From: Salisapilia sapeloensis CBS 127946
Lineage: Eukaryota; Protista; Oomycota
Reading direction: 5' to 3'
NCBI GenBank assembly: GCA_023334545.1
Contig: JAADVB010000082.1
Location: 5,014 to 69,013 of the forward strand
Length of the DNA: 64,000 nucleotides
Shown: piece after piece, positions 56,246-64,000 of the stretch
How the letters are laid out: each line of letters opens with the position of its first letter
Numbering within the stretch: position 1 is the first letter of the stretch
Position numbers and translations under genes: made by a program
The notes under the pieces: generated by a model
What the model was told of the DNA's origin: nothing
Databases searched by the model: none
What the model saw: the letters and a program-made list of their open reading frames with translations, nothing else

Positions 56246-58549
56246 TTACGAGCAGCTAGCTGCTAAGAGTGCGACGTGGGCCTTGACGACACTGGCCGTC
56301 TGCTCCACTGCTAGACGGTCTTCCGCTGCTTGGACCCAGTCCTTGGCGAGGGAAGCAGAGACACCCGTGAGGCTCTTCATCTCGGTCACAGCAGCATCAA
56401 CGTCTCCTGCCTTGAGCGCATACTCTGCTCGAGAGAATACAGCGTCTGCGTCTTGCCCGTCGATCGGACCTCCCGGCGGGATCACGAGGTAGGAGAGTGC
56501 GGCACCAGTCATCTGTCCTAGGATGCCACTGCCTTCCGGCGCGAGAGAAGCACGTCTCGCAGCCTTCTTGACGACTCGGAAGCGGTCCTGCAGCTGACTA
56601 ACGGACGCTGCTCCGTCCTGAATGACGGAAGGAGAGAGGGACTGGATGGCCGCGGCGATGAAAGGGTCTTGCTTCCCTGCATCCCGGAGGGCCTTGACCT
56701 CGTTTTGAAGCGGTTTGGCTGCTTCGAGACGGTTGGAGAGCGCCATAGCCGCGACAGAGGCTTGGTGCACTTGATGGCTAAAGGCTTCGTACATGGAGCT
56801 CGAGTCCAAGACGTCGTGGAGCGCCCGGAGTTCATCTTGATAGGCTTGTAGCTGCTTGGTACGCTCCTGACGCTCCCGAGTGACAGCTTGTAGCATCTCT
56901 TGTTGTTTCTGCTCCAGCTCTTTCTTTAAATGCGCTTCGAGACCCTCTTGCTCCTTGGTAAAAGCTTTTCGAAGACGATCGAGAAGCTTCTGACGTTCCG
57001 TTTCTAAATCCTTTTGCAATTGAAGCGCATAGTCTTTCTCTAGTTGCTGGATCTGAGACTCGAGTTTCGCTTGGAGCTCCTGGCGTTGAGATTCCAACGC
57101 GCGTTTTTCATGCTGCGCGTGGAGAGCATGCTGCTCTTCTAAGACGTGCCCAGTGCTCTTGTGCGTCTCGTCCTGGATCGAAGACAAGGCGTCTTGGAGA
57201 CGAAGAGATTCCCATTGAGCACGGTGCTTCATCTCGGTCGCGAGCTGCGCCACGCGGACGACGAGAGAGGAGCGTTCAAGGCTGTCGATGCCCTCGAGAT
57301 ACTGCTTGTCGATGTCCTTGTGGACGTCTTGAGCCTGCTTCTGCATCTCTTCGAGGACCTGGCGGGTGGAAGAGCGTAGTTGCTGCTCGATTTTGGACTT
57401 GAGGACTTCTGGGTTGGACTCAACAGAGAGTTTATCGAGCTCTTGGTCGGTGTACGTGTAGTCATCGGGGACGGACGCAGAGTTCTCGACTAAGACCATG
57501 CGGCCGTCTTCTTCCGAGATGGTGTGGTGGTAGTCCCACTTTTCCTTCTTCTTCTCTCCGTTCGGAAGCGTCGTGACCTTGGTGCGTTTCGTGTACACCT
57601 TTGTCTTTCCGTCCTCGACCTTGGTCACGGTTTCCTCCTTGACCTTGCTCTTTTCGCCCTTCTTCTTTTCTTCCTTGGCTCTCTTCTTTTCCTCCTTGGC
57701 CTTTTTCTTTTCTTCCTTTTCCTTGGCCTTCTTCTCCTCCTTTTCTTTCTTTTCCGGATCGTCCTTGTCCTCCTTCTTATCCTTGTCGTCCTTCTTTTCT
57801 TTCTTCTTTTCTTTCTTCTCTTCCTTTTTGTCTTTTTCTTCCTTGTCTTTTTTCTTTTCTTTCTTCTCGTCCTTGTCTTTCTTTTCCTTTTTGTCCTCCT
57901 TGTCTTTCTTTTCTTTCTTCTCATCCTTTTTGTCTTCCTTGTCTTTCTTTTCTTTCTTTTCCTTCTTTTCCTCCTTCTTGTCCTTCTTGTCCTTCTTGTC
58001 CTTCTTGTCCTTCTTGTCGTCCTTGTCGTCCTTGGCCTTGGCGTCCGTCTTTTGACCGTTCGAGATAGCAGCACTGAGTTGCTCTGGCGTCTTGGACTCA
58101 TCCACCTTCTTCTCCGGCGTCTTGGGCGAACCGGTGACGCTTGCGACCACGTCGCTATGCTTGACGGACTCCACAACTGAATTCAGCTTGTCTGCTGCGC
58201 TCGGCTGGGACTTGACGAGCTCTCGGAACTGTTCCCACTGTTCGTTCCCTTTCAGCTGCTCGGGGTTCCAGCTCGGGTTCTGACGGACGTAGATGGCTGC
58301 ACCGGCCGGCGCTGACAGTGCCGTCAGCAACAGCAGCTTGCCCAGTCCACTGCCACCACTGGAAGACTCTTCTACCGGCGGGGGAAGCTCCTTTTGCCAC
58401 TTACCTCCTTCCACTTCGCCAGCCTTGCTCGGCGTCTTGCTGCTCTCCGGGACTTTGTCGTTGCTCTTATTCGATAGGAATCTGCGTGTGCTGCTCTTGG
58501 TCGAAGCCATAGCACGAACGGCAGCTCGGGGCTTGCTGCGTAGCATCAT
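56246..58549 (-). CDS. MIC60: MICOS subunit Mic60 (mitofilin) with a large K/D/E-rich insertion
   Basis: Mitochondrial presequence, single TM (LLLLTALSAPAGAAIYV), coiled coil, mitofilin domain (G....QL..RF..V..AARRASL..VFSRAEYALKAGD..AV.EM..L....AKDW..AA..RL..EQ). Confidence 0.9.
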   Translation of the reverse strand: MMLRSKPRAAVRAMASTKSSTRRFLSNKSNDKVPESSKTPSKAGEVEGGKWQKELPPPVEESSSGGSGLGKLLLLTALSAPAGAAIYVRQNPSWNPEQLKGNEQWEQFRELVKSQPSAADKLNSVVESVKHSDVVASVTGSPKTPEKKVDESKTPEQLSAAISNGQKTDAKAKDDKDDKKDKKDKKDKKDKKEEKKEKKEKKDKEDKKDEKKEKKDKEDKKEKKDKDEKKEKKKDKEEKDKKEEKKEKKKEKKDDKDKKEDKDDPEKKEKEEKKAKEKEEKKKAKEEKKRAKEEKKKGEKSKVKEETVTKVEDGKTKVYTKRTKVTTLPNGEKKKEKWDYHHTISEEDGRMVLVENSASVPDDYTYTDQELDKLSVESNPEVLKSKIEQQLRSSTRQVLEEMQKQAQDVHKDIDKQYLEGIDSLERSSLVVRVAQLATEMKHRAQWESLRLQDALSSIQDETHKSTGHVLEEQHALHAQHEKRALESQRQELQAKLESQIQQLEKDYALQLQKDLETERQKLLDRLRKAFTKEQEGLEAHLKKELEQKQQEMLQAVTRERQERTKQLQAYQDELRALHDVLDSSSMYEAFSHQVHQASVAAMALSNRLEAAKPLQNEVKALRDAGKQDPFIAAAIQSLSPSVIQDGAASVSQLQDRFRVVKKAARRASLAPEGSGILGQMTGAALSYLVIPPGGPIDGQDADAVFSRAEYALKAGDVDAAVTEMKSLTGVSASLAKDWVQAAEDRLAVEQTASVVKAHVALLAASCS
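57560..58040. repeat. Low-complexity K/D/E-coding tract including 9-bp (cttcttgtc)n tandem units
   Basis: Pyrimidine-rich on the plus strand; encodes DKKDKKDKKDKKEEKKEKKEK... inside MIC60. Confidence 0.9.
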
Positions 58550-58722
58550 GATCACGTAGCTCTCCGCCTCTCGTTCAGATCTCGATCGATGCCGTGTATA
58601 TGGTCGCTATTTAGTTTCTAGAACTAGTTTACTATCTCAAAGATAAAACTACACCTTTGACACGATATTCGACAACGAAATGATCAAATGCAATTGACTT
58701 GGCTTTTGTATACTGCAAGAAA

Positions 58723-61643
58723 CTAGACTTTGGTAGGGAAGCGACGTGCATGGTTGACTTGCATTTGCATCTGAGCGATCTCGTGGTGGATGTAGAGGTG
58801 GGAGGACTTGCGACTCTTCTTGCGTTGGCGTAGAGCTGTCTTGGCTTCATTCTCGAGCGCGTCGTATTTGGCGCGGAGATGCTGACATTGGGTCTTGCAA
58901 CGAGAGACGTCCTGAGATGCACGCTCTGTGGCTTGATTCTGATAGCGATGGAGTGTTGAGTCGAAATGAGCTTGTCTTTTTTGTCGCTATACTTTGATTG
59001 TTAGTTGACGTAGAGTTCGTGTATAAGAGATACGTACGAGCTCCTCGATGCTTGTGGTTGACCGTGTCTTCTGTACGAACGCACGTCCTTCTCGATAGGA
59101 CTGAGCGTAGCCTACTTGTATTGACACAAGAGATGCACAGCATCTATCTCGAATGACCTACATCACAGTGTACAGCTATAGTAGTGCAGAAGATAGCGAT
59201 AAAGACATAGAATACATCTTGGAATGGTGTCATGCTGTTCACACGTAGGTTGCCAGAGAGATTGAGTGTCATTAGGTGATCGCAAGCTCCTTTTCGTAGC
59301 GTTTCGGCAATCTTGTAGAGACCTTGCTCTGCGATACCATTGTCTATATACTGCTATAAGTCTCTTTTGCCACTCGACGTACGATATGACAGTGCCTTAC
59401 GGCTGACGTCGAGCTCGTACAGAACTCCTCCAGCCCTTGAGCAAAGGATAGTAGCTATGCGTATGGCTCCTTGGGTTCCAGCATTGTTATCTAGATGAAT
59501 AAGTGAATGTAAATAAAGCTGGAAGAAGAGTGTTTCGAGTAAAAATAGACCTGAGAGGTACAGCTCTTGAAGTCGAGGGACGTGAGAGCTTGTTATTACG
59601 TCTGATAGGAGCTGAAATTCCATAGCTCCAAGGTCGTTTCCTGTAGCAAAAAGATGGTCCAGCTCGTTTTGTAAGCTGTAAGAGGTAGAGAGTGATATTC
59701 CTTACCTGATAAATTCAGATGAAGGAGTTTTCGGCATGACCCTGCTCGCATGCACTTGATGAACGCTTCTATACTTTCTCCAGCGCCATTTTCACTAATG
59801 TCCAGGTGCTCTAGATGTGGCATTGGGTGTGACAGAAGCGACAACCCGAATGCTTTGACCCCAGCTTTACCCAGCTCCATGTCTGTTTGCATTATCCGAG
59901 TAAAGGTACTGCTCATATCGATAGCAAAACGTAAACGATACTAGATAAAAAGAGTCTCTCCATATGCAGCCAAGGTTCCGATGCAATCGTCTCTTGAAGC
60001 TTCCGTTGCGAGAGAACTGTATCCAAAGGATTCCCACTTATATCGAGCGTCCTGAGCTCAGGTGTGGATCGAAGAGCTTCTAGTAAGAAACCCATGGCTG
60101 TGGAATCATTTGTAATTGCTGTACGCAATCAAAATAGTGAAGAGTATGTCGTTTGGATTCATCTAGACAAGGTACCTCTGCAGTCGAAATAACGCAGATG
60201 AGAGAGCGCTTTGCTCTTCAGTGTTTTCGTCAGCAGATGCACACTTTCACCTGGACAGTAGTTGTCTGACATGGACAACTTCTCCAGTTGTGGCAGCTTA
60301 TGCAGGAGACAGATAAAACGCTCGAGGTCCTCTTCGCTCATGAGCGTCCCTATGGTACATCAAGGCTGGCGGTAAACTTCTGGGATCGTTGTATAGACAA
60401 GTGTCGTCCTACCTCGGATGTCAAGAGACTTGAGCTGGATGAAGCTATCGAGTGCCAAGGACACTGCCCAATCGCGCATGAATCGACTACTAAAGGGGTT
60501 GTACGCGAGATTGATGCTCTCTAGCTTTGGGAACTGTTTATCCTTCCACACTTTCGCCAACAGACGAAAGTGTTCGTCCTCCAAATGGATACCTGGAAAG
60601 AATCAATGTCTACACTCGTAGGAAGGTGCTACATAGGACGTACGTTCAAGCGTAAGAGTCTCTAGTTGTTGGCTAATGCTATCACTAAAAAGTAGCTTGG
60701 CAAGAGAGCGAAAGGCATGGAGAGGAATGTCTTGAAGGCTTTCGAATTTGAGCTCCTGGAAGATGATCTCGTTTGAGTCTTCACAGATGTACTGCATCGT
60801 ATCCAGTTGGTCTAGTACTAGTCCTAAGTGGTCTTTTGGGATGGAGTCTAGAGAACGTTAGCATGCATAAGTCCTAGGACGATTTAGTAGCTGCCTACCG
60901 ATCTCCAAGACACGGGTCCGTTGGTATCGCTCGGACATACGATCGACCGTCAGTCGGTTCAGCCACTTGGGAACTTGGTGGGGTCCTGATAGCTGCAGTG
61001 GGCTTCGATTGCAAGCATCCAAGAGAGATTTAGAGCAGGTGCCTAGCAATAGTCTCTCTCTCTGGTCTAGCATGCTCATCACTCGACGTTGGAAGGCATG
61101 ATGAGGCAGCTGGAAGAGCTGATGCACCAAGTAGTGTTTCGGTCGAGGAATTACGCAGTCGATAGTATAGTAGCGCTTGACAGCGACTGCTGCTCGCTTA
61201 CTGACGAGTGCACAGTTGGTAGCTACATCTTTGGTCGGGAGGAAGGAGAGTATATGTGCTAGGACCTGTCTGTACGCTACTTTGTCTGTCGTCAGCAATA
61301 CTTGCAACGGAGAACCATCAAGAAGAGGAAAGTTGGAGACGAGAACAGGTTTCTTATGGTATATCTTATCCTTCACGTTCTCCGTCGGGTGTAGTAGTCT
61401 CTTGACCCACTTGTTCTTGACGCGAGATCCAAAGGATGCTTTGCTCTTCTTATGGACTCGACGACCTTGTGTCTCGCTTCGAGAGCTGTGGGCGGGAGAA
61501 GGAGGTACAGGATCGACAGGAGAGGTCTCTTGGACGACTGTTGTGTCAGGAGCTGCAGGAGGGAGAGCTAGTGGCGTGCGTCTAGCTCGACGGAAGACGA
61601 CACGACGTATGGAAGCTAAGATGGACGCGAACCATTGTTTCAT
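58723..61643 (-). CDS. Multi-exon RNI-like leucine-rich-repeat protein with N-terminal F-box-like motif(s) and a C-terminal coiled coil
   Basis: First exon has VLAHILSFLPTKDVATNCALVSK and RRVMSMLDQRERLLLGTCSK. Downstream exons: LPQLEKLSMSDN, LESINLAYN, LRTLDISGN, LEHLDISEN, LQELYLSG, LMTLNLSGN. Last exon ends ..RRFPTKV TAG at 58725-58723. About 10 short introns, not all resolved. Confidence 0.7.
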
Positions 61644-61688
61644 GATGCTTAAGAATGAGCAAATAAAATTATATTGGACGAAACGGAA

Positions 61689-63500
61689 TTAGCGCTTTTC
61701 CTTGCGCTGCGTTTCAATGTTCTCTTCGACAGGAGTCGTCTCGGGAAAGTCGGACGATTGGGAGAATTGGCCTTCCGGAACGTCCTTGGCCGTCTTGTTC
61801 GACACGCGTTCTTGCACCAATTCTTCGTACGTCGGCATGTTCTTGTTGAGTGTCTGCATGCCGTTGCGGATGGTCGTGTACGCTTGACGAGCGTACTCAG
61901 GTGACTTTTGCTCGACCTTTTCAAACTCTTGACTGAGCTTGGCAAAGGTGCTCTTGGCGCCTTCTGGGAGATACTGTTCCACCTTGGACAGCTCTTGCTT
62001 GAGACGGTCGTACAAGGTGCGCATCTTGGCAGATGCTTCTTCGTTCATCTCTTCGACGGACGGGAGCTTCTGGCCAGCTTGTTGGAACTGGTCCTGGAGG
62101 GAGCTGTAAAGCTGACGGATACGCTCTTCCGACTTGGCTTCTGCTTTGCCAAGTTCCTTTTGTAGCTCGTCATATGCTTCCTGAGCAGTGTCCGGCGTCT
62201 TGTCCTTGACTTCCTTGAGCTTGGACTCCATCTGAGAGTAGAGCGACCGAGCCTTGGCCTCCATCTGCTCCTTGGTCATCGAATCGATGGACGGCATCTG
62301 CTCGCCAGCCTCTTGCATCTTTTCCTTGAGCTGACCGTAGAGCTCCTTCATGCGCTCAGGTGTCTTCTCGTCCATCTTGCCCTCCATCTTGCCGACTTCC
62401 TTCTGCAGATCGCTGTACAGGTCCTTTGCTTGCGCAGGGACCTTCTTCTCCACACGCTGCATCTCGTCTTGGATGCGGTTCTTCATGCTGCGGAGAGTGC
62501 TCGACGTCTTGGAGCTCAGTTCGTCCATAGATGGCATTTGTTCACCGGCTTCTTTCATCTGCTGCTGCAGGTCCGAGTATAGAGACTTGAGTTCTTCCGG
62601 AGCCTTTGCATCTGCCTTGTCCTCGAGCTTGTTCACCTCTTGCTGCACTTGGTCGTATAGAGATCGAGCCTTCTGCGGCACCTTAGATTCAATGCGTTCG
62701 AGCTCCGAACGAAGACTATGGTACAAGGATTCCGCCTTCTTCTTCGTCGAGAACGAGTCGAGCGATGGCAGCTTTTGCCCTGCAGATTCAAACTCTTGCT
62801 GGAGCTGGTTGTACAACGACCTCACGCGGTCTTGCGACTGCTCCTCTGCTTTCTGGAGCTCATCGCGGAGTTCATAGTACAAGTCTCGAGCTCGAGCTGG
62901 CGTCTCTTGCTCAACTTCATCCAGCTTTTCCTTGAGCTGAGAGTAGATCTCGCGTGTGCGTTCCGGTGACTTCTTCGTCATCTCCATGAGCTGATCCAAG
63001 ACAAAGGACGTCCCGACGGCATTGTCCTCTGGAAAGTCCGACGGAGGCGTGTAGCTGCCTTGCGGAAAGACTTGCTTGCGCACTTCCTCGTATGTGATGG
63101 TGCCCATGACGCTCTTGTTTTCCGTGACCACGGCCATGACATCGAGTCCTTGCGCACTCATCTTTTCGTAAATGGCTTCGGCCGTGTCATCTGCTCGAGC
63201 AATCACAAGATCCGGGTTCATCTTGGCAATGTCAACCACGCGTGCGGATCCCGACTTGCTCCCGTCAAAGTGTTTCTTGGAGAAGAGGCCAACAACTTGG
63301 TTTTCATTCGTGACAGCAAGTGCCGAGACGTTATGCTTTTGTAGCATTTGCATGGCATCGTCCACATTCGCGTCTTGTGCAATGGTCAAAGTCGTGCCGT
63401 TGGCATTGATAATGGCAGCAGCGGCCATAGCGCCTTCCTGCAGCCGTGGCGTGACGTGCAGCAGTCGTTTCTGGAGCAATGTCGTTCCTTGGCGCAACAT
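61689..63500 (-). CDS. Putative mitochondrial CBS-pair protein with tandem amphipathic helical repeats
   Basis: Presequence MLRQGTTLLQKRLLHVTPRL. CBS1 TLTIAQDANVDDAMQMLQKHNVSALAV..VVGLFS; CBS2 VIARADDTAEAIYEKM..DVMAVV..VMGTIT. Followed by about 14 repeats of P-x2-[AV]-R-x-L-Y-x2-L-x3-[LM]. Confidence 0.75.
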   Translation of the reverse strand: MLRQGTTLLQKRLLHVTPRLQEGAMAAAAIINANGTTLTIAQDANVDDAMQMLQKHNVSALAVTNENQVVGLFSKKHFDGSKSGSARVVDIAKMNPDLVIARADDTAEAIYEKMSAQGLDVMAVVTENKSVMGTITYEEVRKQVFPQGSYTPPSDFPEDNAVGTSFVLDQLMEMTKKSPERTREIYSQLKEKLDEVEQETPARARDLYYELRDELQKAEEQSQDRVRSLYNQLQQEFESAGQKLPSLDSFSTKKKAESLYHSLRSELERIESKVPQKARSLYDQVQQEVNKLEDKADAKAPEELKSLYSDLQQQMKEAGEQMPSMDELSSKTSSTLRSMKNRIQDEMQRVEKKVPAQAKDLYSDLQKEVGKMEGKMDEKTPERMKELYGQLKEKMQEAGEQMPSIDSMTKEQMEAKARSLYSQMESKLKEVKDKTPDTAQEAYDELQKELGKAEAKSEERIRQLYSSLQDQFQQAGQKLPSVEEMNEEASAKMRTLYDRLKQELSKVEQYLPEGAKSTFAKLSQEFEKVEQKSPEYARQAYTTIRNGMQTLNKNMPTYEELVQERVSNKTAKDVPEGQFSQSSDFPETTPVEENIETQRKEKR

Positions 63501-64000
63501 GTTTATGTGTTCGTTGAAGTGTTTTGTGGTCTCGAAGGGAAATGAGAGAATGAATAGATCTTACCTTGGCAGGATACGCGGTGGCGAACGCATTAGAAAG
63601 TAGAAGGCAACCGAAGCAAATTTTTTCCATTCAGTTTAAATTTTAATTCAATTTTTCTATACTTGGTACGGCGTCGGATCAGCAAGTGGATGGGATTGGA
63701 GTGGATGTGTTGAAGGTGGGAGGGTCGAGAAGATGGAGTTGCTGTTTCCGTTCTGGCGTTGGTTGAAGGGAAACATGGGAAAGATCTTTCTTGGGTGTGT
63801 TCGTGTACAGTCGGATGTTGGCCCGGAATAATGTTGTGGATAGTATAGTGAGATGAACTGAGAAGGAGGGATTCTTTTCGAGAAGCTCCGTTTCGACGCT
63901 CGAGAGCTTCTGGAAGCGCTTTCTGGAAGTTACGTTGAAGCCAGGTTGAAGAGGAAGAGCCCAGGACGCCGGAGCTCAGTTTCGATTTGGAAAGCTACCA

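Noticed and set aside
57524-58180. Plus-strand F/L-rich ORFs and an R/K-rich minus ORF overlapping MIC60
   Set aside because: Alternative-frame artefacts of the low-complexity K/D/E tract.
58632-58922. 96-aa minus ORF as terminal exon of the LRR gene
   Set aside because: Splicing from the preceding exon puts the real last exon in another frame, ending at 58723.
63657-63994. Open minus frame without ATG at the window end (possible last exon of a gene outside the window)
   Set aside because: S/P-rich with no homology cue; a competing frame is equally plausible; cannot be resolved without flanking sequence.

Overview
Eukaryotic, intron-containing, gene-dense window that looks like an oomycete (stramenopile) nuclear genome. 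This is inferred from a START-FYVE gene expansion, GGG-type C-x4-C/C-x2-H zinc-finger repeats, a CsgA-type SDR, a CYP86-clan-like P450, a membrane-anchored GH1, and TCATT(Y) Inr/FPR-like promoter motifs. About 26 protein-coding genes were reconstructed, most introns being roughly 48-60 nt. 0-17 kb: lipid-flavoured block (four START-FYVE paralogs around a tandem-domain sterol-glucosyltransferase-like gene, a P450 pseudogene, a GH1 beta-glucosidase). 19-37.4 kb and 47.7-63.5 kb: tightly packed housekeeping genes. 37.5-47 kb: accessory/decayed zone with a ~4 kb island of about 20% GC (probable hypermutated Ty1/copia relic), an SDR gene, and an L1/Tx1-type non-LTR retrotransposon remnant. Best leads: (1) C:G->T:A-saturated TE relic plus a strong TAG-over-CAG splice-acceptor bias, suggesting an unrecognised cytosine-mutating process; (2) a mitochondrial CBS-pair protein fused to proline-punctuated ~22-mer apolipoprotein-like helices; (3) a CPSF30 ZnF-YTH-DCD-KH fusion; (4) a PX + pseudo-OTU protein; (5) a possible sterol-glycoside handling cluster. 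No rRNA, tRNA or CRISPR array seen. All domain calls are from motif recognition by eye; no searches were run.
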